The notes beneath the pieces were generated by a model, which ran no database searches, was not told the origin of the DNA, and saw only the letters and a program-made list of their open reading frames with translations. A stretch of DNA of 64,000 nucleotides from an uncultured Lachnospiraceae bacterium (lineage in GTDB: Bacteria; Bacillota; Clostridia; Lachnospirales; Lachnospiraceae): contig CACWGK010000003.1 of assembly GCA_902760415.1 (NCBI GenBank), positions 217 through 64,216 on the forward strand, given 5' to 3'. Below are positions 18,141 to 29,200 of this stretch, piece after piece. The stretch's first letter is position 1. The number at the start of each line of letters is the position of its first letter. The translations under genes were made by a program, and so were the position numbers.

Positions 18141-18426
18141 TTAATCACCTGATATTCATAGTAGATTTATATTACTAAACTTGTCCGTTCTTTAAGCACA
18201 GAGTATATTATCACATTTCTTCTTGCTTGCCCATAGTTTTATCTATATATATAGGAGTCTCTCGATATTTCATCTGGATACTCTAACAAAAAATGGTCAA
18301 TTTTAAGTAATATTTTTCTATTATTCGACTCCTTGATAAAGTATACTTTACTTGTAGTCTGGCGGCAAATCCGTGCTGCAGACTTATAGTTTATCGCATA
18401 TTTGTAAAGTATAGCAGGAGGTATAT

Positions 18427-19554
18427 ATGGGTATAGATTTAACAAAGGTTCCGAAGCTTGGATTTGGTCTTATGAGACTTCCAGAGAAGGATGGAGAAGT
18501 CGATATCGATAGAGTATCATCGATGGTTGATATGTATATGAAGATGGATAAGAGATACTTCGACACCGCCTATGTATATCACGGCGGAAAGTCTGAGGTT
18601 GCTGCAAGAGAAGCTCTTGTAAAGCGTTATCCAAGAGACAGTTTTATGATAGCTACTAAGCTTCCTGCATGGGAGATCAAGCAGGAAAGTGATATAGAGA
18701 GAATCTTTAATGAACAGCTGGAGAGAGCAGGTGTAGATTATTATGATTTCTATCTTCTTCATTCCGTAGAGGATGGTAATAACTACGATACATATGTAAA
18801 GTATGACTGCTTCAGCTGGGGCGTTAAGAAGAAAGAAGAAGGAAAGATAAAGCATTTTGGTTTTTCCTATCACGGAAGCCCTGAACTACTGGAGGAGATT
18901 CTTGATAAGCATCCAGAAGTCGAGTTCGTACAGATTCAGCTGAATTACCTTGATAGAACTAATCCGGTTGTAAGATCTGAGGAGCTTTATAACATTCTTC
19001 ACGAGAGACAGATTCCTATTATTGTTATGGAGCCAATCCGTGGAGGTATGCTTGCAAATCTTACACCAGAGCAGGAGGCAAAGTATAAGGCGGTTCGTCC
19101 AAATGATTCTGTTGCATCCTGGGCTCTTAGATATGTTGCATCACTCCCTGGAGTTATGACTGTTCTTTCTGGAATGTCCGATGAAGAACAGATGCAGGAC
19201 AATATTGGTACATTTACAAACTTTGAAGCAGTAAATGAAGAAGAAATGAAGCTAATCGACGAAGTTACTGAAGAAATCCTGAGTATTCCTCAGATTGGTT
19301 GTACAGCTTGTAAGTATTGTACACCTGGATGTCCTATGAAGATCAGCATTCCGGATGTTTTCAGAACTATCAATACACTTCGCCGTTATCCAGATGACTG
19401 GAGATCAAAGAACTTCTATAGAGGAGTTGTTGAAAGATCTGGAAAGGCAGGAGATTGTATAGCCTGTGGTCAGTGTGAAGGCGTATGTCCTCAGCATTTA
19501 CCAATTATAGATTTGCTTAAGGAAGCATCCGAGATCCTAGATACTGAGGAGTAG
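18427..19554 (+). CDS. Aldo/keto reductase with C-terminal 4Fe-4S ferredoxin-type domain
   Basis: AKR N-terminal pattern LGFGLMRLP...YFDTAYVYHGGKSE. The C-terminal Cys clusters are CTACKYCTPGCP and CIACGQCEGVCP. Confidence 0.85.
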   Translation: MGIDLTKVPKLGFGLMRLPEKDGEVDIDRVSSMVDMYMKMDKRYFDTAYVYHGGKSEVAAREALVKRYPRDSFMIATKLPAWEIKQESDIERIFNEQLERAGVDYYDFYLLHSVEDGNNYDTYVKYDCFSWGVKKKEEGKIKHFGFSYHGSPELLEEILDKHPEVEFVQIQLNYLDRTNPVVRSEELYNILHERQIPIIVMEPIRGGMLANLTPEQEAKYKAVRPNDSVASWALRYVASLPGVMTVLSGMSDEEQMQDNIGTFTNFEAVNEEEMKLIDEVTEEILSIPQIGCTACKYCTPGCPMKISIPDVFRTINTLRRYPDDWRSKNFYRGVVERSGKAGDCIACGQCEGVCPQHLPIIDLLKEASEILDTEE

Positions 19555-19628
19555 TCAGTATCTGGGATGAGAGGCTCGGATGATATAACTAGTTGAGAAA
19601 TGATTTGAAAGATTAGGGAGATAAATAT

Positions 19629-20804
19629 ATGGAAAACTTTACATTTTATTCACCAACATTTTTTGCATTTGGTAAGGATACAGAGAATCAGGTTGGCGAG
19701 TATGTTAAACAGTTTGGTGGAAGCAAGGCTCTTGTTCATTATGGTGGAAGCAGCGCCAAGAAGTCAGGACTTCTCGATAGAGTCGAAGCATCACTTAAGA
19801 AGGAAGGTATTCCTTATGTAATGCTAGGCGGAGTTAAGCCAAATCCAAGAAGTGGTCTTGTATATGAAGGCATCGAACTTTGTAAGAAGGAAGGCGTTGA
19901 TTTCGTACTTGCAGTTGGAGGAGGAAGCGTTATCGATTCCTCAAAGGCTATCGCTGCAGGTGTTGTATATGACGGAGACTTCTGGGATTTCTATAGTGGA
20001 AAATGGATTGAAGAGGCACTTCCTGTTGGAACTATCCTGACAATCGCTGCAGCTGGTAGTGAGGGAAGTCCAGATTCAGTTATCACTAAGGAAGAAGGAA
20101 TGTTCAAGCGTGGTGCATCTGGAAATGCTATTCGTCCTAAGTTCAGTATACTGAACCCAGCACTAACAGAGACACTTCCACCTCATCAGACAGCAGCTGG
20201 TGCAACAGATATTATGGCTCATCTCTATGAGAGATATCTGACAAATACAAAGGACGTAGAAGTTACAGATAGACTTATAGAGGGGCTCCTTCTCACTATG
20301 AGACATGAGGCTCCTAGAGTAATAGCTGATCCTCATAATTATGAGGCGAGAGCAAATATTATGTGGGCTGGAATGGTGGCTCATAATCATATCTGCGGTG
20401 TTGGTCGTTCTCAGGACTGGAACAGCCATGTTATAGAACATGAGCTGTCTGCTCTCTATGACTGTGCACATGGTGCTGGTCTTGCAGTAACTATGCCTGC
20501 TGTATTTAAGTATGTAATGAATCATGATGTAAATAGATTTGCAAAGGTAGCTACTCGCGTATGGGGATGCGAGATGGATTTTGATCATCCAGAGGTAACA
20601 GCTTTAGAAGGTATAAATGCTTTCCAGAACTTCCTTATATCTCTTGGAATGCCTAAGAACTTTGAGGAACTTGGAGCAAAGGAAGAGGATATTCCAAAAC
20701 TTGCTGAAATCTGCTGCCGAGGCGATGGACGTGATGGAACAATCTCAGGCTTTGTAACATTAACTGAAGAAGATGTTCAGAATATATATCGCATGATGCT
20801 GTAG
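19629..20804 (+). CDS. Iron-containing alcohol dehydrogenase (butanol dehydrogenase/YqhD-like)
   Basis: Fe-ADH motifs AVGGGSVIDSSKAIA and His-rich metal site region HVIEHELSALYDCAHGAGLA. Confidence 0.85.
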   Translation: MENFTFYSPTFFAFGKDTENQVGEYVKQFGGSKALVHYGGSSAKKSGLLDRVEASLKKEGIPYVMLGGVKPNPRSGLVYEGIELCKKEGVDFVLAVGGGSVIDSSKAIAAGVVYDGDFWDFYSGKWIEEALPVGTILTIAAAGSEGSPDSVITKEEGMFKRGASGNAIRPKFSILNPALTETLPPHQTAAGATDIMAHLYERYLTNTKDVEVTDRLIEGLLLTMRHEAPRVIADPHNYEARANIMWAGMVAHNHICGVGRSQDWNSHVIEHELSALYDCAHGAGLAVTMPAVFKYVMNHDVNRFAKVATRVWGCEMDFDHPEVTALEGINAFQNFLISLGMPKNFEELGAKEEDIPKLAEICCRGDGRDGTISGFVTLTEEDVQNIYRMML

Positions 20805-20819
20805 TTTTAGGAGGGGTTT

Positions 20820-21842
20820 ATGAAGGCGTTATTTATAGGCGGTACAGGAACTATAAGTACTGCAATAGTGAGGAGACTTGCGGAAGAGCTTGGCTGGGAG
20901 GTATGGCTTCTCAACAGAGGAAACAGACAGGAAGTAGTGCCTGAGGGGGTTCATCAGATTATCTGTGATATCTCGGATGAGGCTGCTGCTGAGAGAGCTC
21001 TGGAAGGAATGTCATTTGACGTTGTAAATGAGTTTATCGGCTTTACTCCTGATCAGGTAGAAAGAGATTACAGACTCTTTAAAGATAAGACAAAGCAATA
21101 TATTTATATCAGTTCTGCTTCGGCTTACAACAAGCCTGCAGCAAACTATATCATAACTGAGGGAACGACACTTGCGAATCCTCATTGGGAATATTCTCGA
21201 AACAAGATTAAGTGCGAGGAGTTCCTGATGAAGAAGTACCGTGAGGAAGGATTCCCGGTTACCATTGTAAGACCTAGTCATACGTATGATGAGAGAAATG
21301 TACCACTGGGCGTGCATGGAAAGAAGGGTTTCTTTCAGGTTATAAAAAGAATGCAGGAAGGAAAACCAGTTATTATCCAGGGCGATGGAACTTCGCTGTG
21401 GACAGTAACATTTAACAAGGATTTTGCCATCGGCTATACAGGTCTTATGGGAAACAGACACGCTATAGGCGAAGCGTTCCAGATAACAGGTGATGAGACA
21501 CTTACCTGGAATCAGATATATCAGACAATCGCAGATGCACTAGGTGTGGAATTAAAGCCATATCATGTATCGTCAGATTATCTGAGTGCGGTTGGAGATA
21601 AGTACGGATTTGACTTTGAGGGGAGTCTTACTGGCGATAAGTCAGTGTCCGTAGTATTCGATAATAGTAAGCTGAAGAGAGTTGTTCCAGATATGAGAAC
21701 AACAGTAAGATTCGATCAGGGTGTGAGAATAGCGCTTGATTATGTGCTGTCTCATCCAGAATGTCAGGTGGAAGACACTGAGTTTGATCAGTGGTGTGAT
21801 AAGGTTATAAGTGTACTGGAAGGTACGAAGAATAATATATAG
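20820..21842 (+). CDS. NAD-dependent epimerase/dehydratase (extended SDR) family protein
   Basis: N-terminal Rossmann motif FIGGTGTIS and the YSRNK catalytic Y-x3-K motif. Confidence 0.8.
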   Translation: MKALFIGGTGTISTAIVRRLAEELGWEVWLLNRGNRQEVVPEGVHQIICDISDEAAAERALEGMSFDVVNEFIGFTPDQVERDYRLFKDKTKQYIYISSASAYNKPAANYIITEGTTLANPHWEYSRNKIKCEEFLMKKYREEGFPVTIVRPSHTYDERNVPLGVHGKKGFFQVIKRMQEGKPVIIQGDGTSLWTVTFNKDFAIGYTGLMGNRHAIGEAFQITGDETLTWNQIYQTIADALGVELKPYHVSSDYLSAVGDKYGFDFEGSLTGDKSVSVVFDNSKLKRVVPDMRTTVRFDQGVRIALDYVLSHPECQVEDTEFDQWCDKVISVLEGTKNNI

Positions 21843-21997
21843 TTTATTATCTTGGGGTGAAGATATATAAATGAGGGGGCGGTTTCTAATGGTGACGGGA
21901 CCGTCCCCCTCACATTTCCTCAGTAAAAGGGCTGTCCGCGGTAGAGAATATACTTATATAAAATGAAGAAAAATGATAGCATTTTAGCGGTATAAGA

Positions 21998-22006
21998 TGG
22001 TATAAT
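21998..22006 (+). promoter_or_regulatory. Extended -10 promoter element upstream of pgcA
   Basis: TGgTATAAT lies 38 nt upstream of ATG 22044. The -35 region is weak. Confidence 0.45.
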
Positions 22007-22043
22007 ATGGCTATCTATGATTTATTTACAGGAGGACAGTTAA

Positions 22044-23768
22044 ATGAGTGATTTTATGGCTAATTATATGAGCTGGCTCGAGAATCCTTACTTCGATGAA
22101 GATACTCGTGCAGAGCTGGAATCTATCAAGGGTGATGAGAAGGAAATAGAGGATAGATTCTACCGTAGTCTAGAGTTTGGAACTGGTGGTCTCAGAGGTG
22201 TAAGAGGCGCTGGTACTAATAGAATGAATATATATACAATTCGTCAAGCTACACAGGGACTTGCTAACTATATAGTAGCTCACAACGGACAGGATAAGGG
22301 TGTTGCTATCGCACACGATTCACGTATCATGTCTCCAGAGTTTGCACGTGAGGCTGCAAAGTGTCTTAATGCAAATGGCATCAAGACTTATCTTTTTGAG
22401 TCACTTCGTCCTACTCCTGAGCTTTCATATGCAGTTAGATCATTTGGCTGTATCGCAGGTATCGTTGTAACAGCAAGTCATAATCCTAGAGAATATAATG
22501 GATATAAGGTTTACTGGGAGGATGGAGCACAGGTTACACCTCCTCATGATACAGGAATTATGGAAGAGGTTGCTAAGGTAACTGATTTCGCACAGGTTAA
22601 GACAATGGATGAGGACGACGCAAGAGCACTTGGTCTCTTCAATATCATTGGTACTGATTTTGATGACAAGTACATCGCTGAAGTTAAGGCTCAGAGTATT
22701 CACCCTGAGATTATCCCAGAGATGGCTAAAGATATAAAGATTGTATATACACCACTTCATGGTACTGGAAATGTACCTGTTCGCCGTGTACTTAAGGATC
22801 TTGGATTTACACAGGTTTATGTTGAGCCACAGCAGAAGATTCCTGATGGATCATTTCCAACTGTAGCTTATCCTAATCCAGAATCTGCTCCAGCGTGGGA
22901 GCTTGCACTTAAGCTTGCTAAGGAAGTGGATGCGGATATCGTACTTGCAACTGATCCTGATGCAGATAGACTTGGTGTATATGCTAAGGATACAAAGACA
23001 GGCGAGTATATGAGCTTTACTGGAAATATGTCTGGTATGCTTATCGCTGAGTATATCTTCAGCGAGAGACTTGCTACAGGCACAATGCCTGAGAATCCTG
23101 CACTTGTTACAACTATCGTAACTACAGATCTTGCAAAGGCTATCGCAGCTCATTATAACGCTCGCTGTATAGAGGTTCTTACAGGATTTAAGTATATTGG
23201 TGAGCAGATTAAGATCTTCGAGCAGACAGGATGCAATAACTATGTATTCGGTCTTGAGGAGTCTTATGGATGTCTTGCAGGAACATACGCAAGAGATAAG
23301 GATTCTATCGTAGCTGTTATGATGCTTTGTGAGGTTGCTGCATTCTATAAGAAGCAGGGTAAGACACTCTGTGATGCTATGCAGGATCTCTATGAGAAGT
23401 ATGGCTACTACAAGGAAGGTCTTGCAACACTCGAGCTTAAGGGTATCGATGGTGCTGCAGAGATTCAGAGAAAGATGGAGAACTTCCGTACCAATCCTCC
23501 TAAGGAACTTGGTGGACTTAAGGTTCTTGCATATAGAGATTACAAGGCTGATGAGAGAGTTGATCTTGTTACAGGTGAGAAGTCATCTACAGGTCTTCCT
23601 TCTTCAAATGTTCTCTACTATGAGCTTGAGGATAATGCATGGTGCTGCGTTCGTCCTTCAGGTACAGAGCCAAAGATTAAGTTCTATTATGGGGTTAAAG
23701 GAACTGATATGGCAGATTCGGAGAAGAAACTGGAAGCTATTAAGGCTGATATGTTAAACGGCCAGTAG
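22044..23768 (+). CDS. pgcA: Alpha-phosphoglucomutase / phospho-sugar mutase
   Basis: Active-site loop TASHNPREYNGYK. Colinear similarity to Firmicute PgcA throughout (FGTGGLRG, DPDADRLG, RPSGTEPKIKFY). Confidence 0.9.
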   Translation: MSDFMANYMSWLENPYFDEDTRAELESIKGDEKEIEDRFYRSLEFGTGGLRGVRGAGTNRMNIYTIRQATQGLANYIVAHNGQDKGVAIAHDSRIMSPEFAREAAKCLNANGIKTYLFESLRPTPELSYAVRSFGCIAGIVVTASHNPREYNGYKVYWEDGAQVTPPHDTGIMEEVAKVTDFAQVKTMDEDDARALGLFNIIGTDFDDKYIAEVKAQSIHPEIIPEMAKDIKIVYTPLHGTGNVPVRRVLKDLGFTQVYVEPQQKIPDGSFPTVAYPNPESAPAWELALKLAKEVDADIVLATDPDADRLGVYAKDTKTGEYMSFTGNMSGMLIAEYIFSERLATGTMPENPALVTTIVTTDLAKAIAAHYNARCIEVLTGFKYIGEQIKIFEQTGCNNYVFGLEESYGCLAGTYARDKDSIVAVMMLCEVAAFYKKQGKTLCDAMQDLYEKYGYYKEGLATLELKGIDGAAEIQRKMENFRTNPPKELGGLKVLAYRDYKADERVDLVTGEKSSTGLPSSNVLYYELEDNAWCCVRPSGTEPKIKFYYGVKGTDMADSEKKLEAIKADMLNGQ

Positions 23769-23789
23769 AATATTATTATAAACTAAAGG

Positions 23790-26159
23790 TTGGGGCTTAT
23801 GGGGTATCGTGATAGGCTTAGTATCAAAAGATACTATAAATACAAGGATGAGGTTATAGAGCGTAACATACTAGCCAGTCAGACATTTATAATAGTTGGA
23901 TCTATTATAGCTATAGTATATATGTTTGCTAACATTTTTGTAGTTAGGACACATGGCTATTATGGAAATATTATAGTGCTTGCTTATTTCGTGTTAGCAG
24001 CATTTATAAGAACACCTATATTAAAGAAACATCCAGAGAAGAGTACGCTTTTTATGTATCTTATTCAGATTCCCATTATGATAACGGGAATCTTGATGAG
24101 TACTATGTTTGATAAGGATTCAGAATCGGTTGTATTTTTTCTGTTTATCGTATGTCTTCCACCTTTTATTCTGGATAATCCTTTAAGGCATCTAGTTTAT
24201 ATTGTTGCTTGCATGAGTTTATATCTTGCGATGGGATTCATGTTTAAAAATCCAGAGGTATTTAACTTTGATCTTGTTCATGCGCTAGTCTTTTTCCCTG
24301 GATCTTTGTTCGTCAATCTATTCATTATTATTGAACGCTTTGACAACATAGAAAATTATGTAATATCCGAGAAGAAGGCGCGGCATGATGAGATATCAGG
24401 GCTTAAGAATAGATATGCGTTAAGTATAGATGTTTCATCATATGCTGAAAAGAATGTCTTTGCTGCTATCATAGATATAGATTACTTCAAGTTCTTCAAT
24501 GATATGTTTGGACATGATTTTGGCGAAGAGCTTGTTGCTTGTATCGGTAAGCAGGCTAAGAAAGAGTTTGGGGCTCATAACTGCTATAGATTTGAAAGTG
24601 ATGAGATACTAGTTCTTGATCAAAAATCCAGCGAGGCTGATTTTAAGGCTAAACTTGAGTCACTTAAAGAATCATTTAAAGAGATTACACTTCGTCAGAA
24701 GACATTTCATCCATCCTGTACTATAGGATATGTATATGGAACTCCTGTATCAGCGGATGATATGAATGAGCTTATCAGACATGCTGATGTTAGACTTCTT
24801 GAGGCTAAGGCTTCGGGTAAGGGAACGATTGTTGGATATGCTTATGATACAAGTCAGAAGCGCCAGACAGATATTTTGGCAGAGGTCGCTAGAACTAGCG
24901 ATATTAACACTATAGATGAGGTAACAGGTGTACCTAATATGCAGTTCTTCCGTATCAGAGCGGATGAAATGCTGGGAAACCTGCTTGATCTTGAGAAGAA
25001 TCCTACAGTTCTATATTTCAATATCGGAAACTTCAAGGCATTTAATGAAGAAAATGGATTTAGAAAAGGCGATAAGCTACTTCGTGATATAGCAGATATA
25101 CTTAAGGAAGAGTTTTCTAATAGACTCATTGCTAGATTTTCTGAGGATCATTTCGTTATTCTATGTTATGGAGATGAGATAGATGATAGAATGCTCAGAG
25201 TCTTTTCTAGAGTAAAGCCACTTTTCGGAAATATTCATATGACGATCAAGGCTGGTGCAGCGCAGTATACTAAGGGCGAAAATGTCGGCAACACTTGCGA
25301 CAAGGCTAAGCTTGCTTGTGACAGTATAAAGCATGATACTGAGAAGAACTTAGAGTTCTATAGTGAGAGCCTTGAGAATAAGAATAAGCTAGAGAGATAT
25401 GTTATATCACATATCGATGAAGCTGTAGAAAAGGGCTATCTAAGGGTTTATTATCAACCAATTGTTGATCTTACAACAGGTGAGGTTATAGAGCTTGAGG
25501 CTCTGGCTCGTTGGATTGATCCAACATATGGATTCCTTTCTCCTGGCGATTTTATCCCACCGCTGGAGGAGTCAAAGTTAATCCATAAGATTGATGGGTT
25601 TATGGCAAGACAGGTCTGCAAGGATCAGGCTGAGCTAAAGAGGATGGCTGGAAGGAATGTTCCAGTTTCTATTAACCTTTCAAGACACGATTTTATGATA
25701 TCTAACTTAGTTGACAGTATTAAAGAGACAGTAACATCTAATAATGTAGATGTTAAGAACCTTCATATCGAGGTTACAGAGAGTGCTCTGGAAAGAGATA
25801 GTGAGGAACTTAAGGCTAAGCTTACTGAACTTAAAGCGTATGGCTTTGAGATCTGGCTGGATGACTTTGGAAGCGGTTACTCATCACTTAATTCTCTTCA
25901 GGATTTCAACTTCGATGTAATCAAGGTTGATATGAAGTTTATGAAGACTCTTGAAACAAGTCCTCAGACTAAGATAATAGTTAAATCTATTATAGAGATG
26001 ACCAAGAATCTGAAGCTGAGAACACTTATGGAAGGAGTTGAGACAGAAACCCAAGCTAGATTTATTAAGGCAATCGGCGCGGATATGTCTCAGGGTTATC
26101 TCTTCAGTAGACCAGTACCTATCGATGAGCTGAAGTTTGACCAAAAGAAAATTGGATAG
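23790..26159 (+). CDS. Membrane c-di-GMP phosphodiesterase: two degenerate GGDEF domains + EAL domain
   Basis: N-terminal TM region. The GGDEF-like domains read YRFESDEILVL and ARFSEDHFVIL at the signature position. The EAL domain is intact (EALARW, DDFGSGYSSL, EGVET, QGY). ATG 23799 is an alternative start. Confidence 0.85.
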   Translation: MGLMGYRDRLSIKRYYKYKDEVIERNILASQTFIIVGSIIAIVYMFANIFVVRTHGYYGNIIVLAYFVLAAFIRTPILKKHPEKSTLFMYLIQIPIMITGILMSTMFDKDSESVVFFLFIVCLPPFILDNPLRHLVYIVACMSLYLAMGFMFKNPEVFNFDLVHALVFFPGSLFVNLFIIIERFDNIENYVISEKKARHDEISGLKNRYALSIDVSSYAEKNVFAAIIDIDYFKFFNDMFGHDFGEELVACIGKQAKKEFGAHNCYRFESDEILVLDQKSSEADFKAKLESLKESFKEITLRQKTFHPSCTIGYVYGTPVSADDMNELIRHADVRLLEAKASGKGTIVGYAYDTSQKRQTDILAEVARTSDINTIDEVTGVPNMQFFRIRADEMLGNLLDLEKNPTVLYFNIGNFKAFNEENGFRKGDKLLRDIADILKEEFSNRLIARFSEDHFVILCYGDEIDDRMLRVFSRVKPLFGNIHMTIKAGAAQYTKGENVGNTCDKAKLACDSIKHDTEKNLEFYSESLENKNKLERYVISHIDEAVEKGYLRVYYQPIVDLTTGEVIELEALARWIDPTYGFLSPGDFIPPLEESKLIHKIDGFMARQVCKDQAELKRMAGRNVPVSINLSRHDFMISNLVDSIKETVTSNNVDVKNLHIEVTESALERDSEELKAKLTELKAYGFEIWLDDFGSGYSSLNSLQDFNFDVIKVDMKFMKTLETSPQTKIIVKSIIEMTKNLKLRTLMEGVETETQARFIKAIGADMSQGYLFSRPVPIDELKFDQKKIG

Positions 26160-26193
26160 TAAATGCAACACCATATAGTTGCAAAGGTAGTAA

Positions 26194-26268
26194 TATTCTG
26201 AGCAAAAGCGAAGAATCTATTGGTTACTTTTTATTAGATTCTTCGTTTCAGTTCAGAATTATTTTTTT
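26194..26268 (+). terminator. Rho-independent terminator (compound hairpin)
   Basis: Inner stem CGAAGAATCTA/TAGATTCTTCG (11 bp), outer stem ATTCTGA/TCAGAAT, followed by TATTTTTTT. Confidence 0.7.
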
Positions 26269-26292
26269 CACTGTTTTTTTTGAGGAGTAATT

Positions 26293-29200
26293 ATGATATC
26301 GAAGTTTAGTGTCAAACGACCATACACTGTATTCGTGGTTGTGGTTGCAGTAATTGTTGTTGGAATAGTTGCGCTGATGAGAATGACAGCGGATCTTCTT
26401 CCAGATATGAATCTTCCTTATGTTGTTGTTATAACAACTGATATGGGAGCCAGTCCTGAGACAGTAGAGAAAGAGGTTACAGCCCCGATAGAAGCCTCTC
26501 TTGCTACAACGTCTAATCTTAAGAATATTCAGTCTATGTCCTATAACAGCTACTCAACGGTAATCCTTGAGTATGAACAAAGTTCTAACATGGACGCCAC
26601 AATGATTGAGATTCAGCAGAGTCTGGATCAGATAGAAGGTTCATTTGGCGATTCTATCGGTACACCGATGGTTATGCAGCTTAATCCTGACATGCTTCCA
26701 GTTATGGTTGCTGCCGCAAATGTATCAGATATGGATTCTATAGAATTAACTGACTATATCGAATCAGACATTCTTCCACAGCTTGAATCTATCGAAGGTG
26801 TTGCTTCGGTTAGTGCTACTGGTGGTGTAACTGAGACAGTTCAGGTTACCATGAACCAGGATAAGATAGATAAGCTAAATGATAAGATTATGGCGGAGAT
26901 TGATGATCAGTTCCAGGATGCTAAGGATGAACTTCAGTCTTCTAAGGAAGATATAGAGAGTGGACAGTCACAGGTATCTTCTGGAAAGAAAACTCTTGCG
27001 AATTCTGTCAGTGAAAATCTTGCAACTCTGGAAAGTACACAGATAGAGCTATACCAGACAGAAGATGAACTTACTGAACAGAAAGAGACCTACCAGGATT
27101 TATATGATACTCTTGGTACAACTATTGAAACACTGAATACAACATATGACAGTGCATGTACTCTTGCAAATGGAATAGAATCACTAAGTTCTGTTATTTC
27201 CCTATATGATCAGGGGCTTCTGGATGATACAACATTTGCTGCTACTGCAGGAATGGATATCAATACAGCTAAAGCTTCCCTGGCAACATATACTGCACAG
27301 CTCGATGCTGTAAATGCTCAGATTAAGGAAAATACTGCTTCACTTGCAGACTACGATATAACAGTAAATACATATGAGGATCTTCCAACTGCTGTAGCTA
27401 CTCTTGAAGCTAAAAGAGTTGAGATTAACACGGGTATTGAAACTATCAATACTGCTATAGAAGAGGTTGAGTCTGGAAAGACTACAACAAGCGAGGCTAT
27501 AGAAGCTCTTAACAAGACAGGTATTGAGCAGTCAATCTCACTTGCTGAGACTTCAGCAACACTCTCACAGGGACTTACTAGTATTGAGAGTGCTGAGGAT
27601 ACACTTGATGAAACACTTGAATCCACAAAGGATGCTGCAGACTTAAATAATGTACTTTCTATAGATGTACTTAACAATCTTCTTAAGGCTCAGAACTTTG
27701 AGATGCCTGCAGGATATGCTTCTGGAAAGAATGCGTCTGATGGACAGTATCTTGTTAAGATTGGCGAAGACGTTACTGATGCTGAAGAACTCTCTAAGCT
27801 TATTCTTATAGATCTAAACATGGATAGTGTTGGAGTTATTAGACTTGAGGATGTTGCTGATGTAGAGCAGGTTGATGATTCTGCTGAAGTATATGCTAAG
27901 TTAAATGGTAGTCCTGGTATGCTCATTTCATTTGAGAAGCAGACAGGTTACTCAACTGGTGATGTTACAGATGTTATCTTAGATAAGTTCGAAAGCCTTG
28001 AGAGAACAGAAGATGAGGATCTTCATTTCTCTGTTCTGATGAATCAGGGTGTCTATATAGATTTGATCGTGAAGTCAATTCTTCAGAACATGCTCCTAGG
28101 TGCTGGACTTGCAATTATCGTTCTGATCATCTTCCTTCGCGATATCAGACCTACAATTATCATAGCGTGTGCGATTCCGCTTTCGGTTATATTCGCTATC
28201 GTTCTGATGTACTTTACAGATATCTCACTTAATATCATTTCTATGTCGGGACTCACTCTGGGTATAGGAATGTTGGTGGATAACTCAATCGTTGTTATCG
28301 AAAATATCTACCGACTTCGCAAGGAAGGCGAATCTATAAAGAAGGCGGCAGTTTACGGTGCGAGCCAGGTTGCTGGAGCTATCACTTCATCAACTATGAC
28401 AACTATGTGTGTATTCCTGCCAATCGTCTTCACTGAGGGACTTACAAGACAGCTCTTCGTAGACATGGGTCTTACGATAGCATTTACTCTTACAGCTTCT
28501 CTGCTTGTGGCCCTTACACTTGTTCCAGCTATGGCACAGGGACTTCTGAAAAATGTTAAAGAGAAGGAAGAGGGCACTGATGGAGCGTTCATGCGTTTCT
28601 ATGATAAGTTCCTTAGAGCTATGCTTAAGTTTAAGCCACTTGTGTTCCTCATAATGCTGCTTCTTCTTGGAGCTTCTGTCGCACTTGCACTTTCTCGTGG
28701 TACTGAGTTTATGCCGGAGATGCAGAGTGATCAGATTAATATCTCGATGTCGGCTCCTAAGGGCGAAAAGAGAACATTTGAGGAAATGACTGGATATGCT
28801 GATGAGCTGGTTGATAGACTTATGGAGATACCTGAGATAGAAACTCTTGGTGCCATGATCGGAAATGGTACGACTATGGGTGCTCTCAATATGTCTGTTG
28901 GAGACGATGTATCTATATATGTTCTCCTCAAGGAAGATACAAAGATAACTAATTCTGAAATCATAGATAAGATCAATAAGGCTGCTGAGGGTATTGACTG
29001 TGAGGTTGATGCTAGCGCTGAGATCATGGATATGAGTATGCTGACAGGTAGCGGTATCTCAGTTATGATCAAGGGACGCGATATGCAGGTTCTTCAGAAA
29101 CTTGCTCAGGAGTCTGCGGATGCACTTGCTGCTACTGATGGTATCGAAGAGGTTGATAATGGTCTCGACAACATGACCAAGACCTTCGTCATCACGGTAG

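Noticed and set aside
18240-18426. Imperfect hairpin AGTCTGGCGGCA-aatccg-TGCTGCAGACT and scattered inverted repeats in the murG / aldo-keto reductase divergent region, considered as a riboswitch.
   Set aside because: The stem has a bulge and mismatches, there is no T-run and no recognisable riboswitch core. The evidence is insufficient.
21872-21912. Hairpin AATGAGGGGGCGG...CCGTCCCCCTCACATT after the epimerase gene, considered as another member of the repeat family or as a terminator.
   Set aside because: It shares only AATGAG/CTCA-TT-like ends and has no core motif. It lacks a T-run, so even the terminator call is weak, and I left it unannotated.
22393-22410. TTTTTGAGTCACTT in pgcA matches 14 nt of the palindromic element.
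   Set aside because: There is no TTACGTC-GACGTAA core or second terminal repeat. The bases encode the conserved PGM segment LFESLRPTPE, so this is a chance match to the TGAGTCA heptamer.
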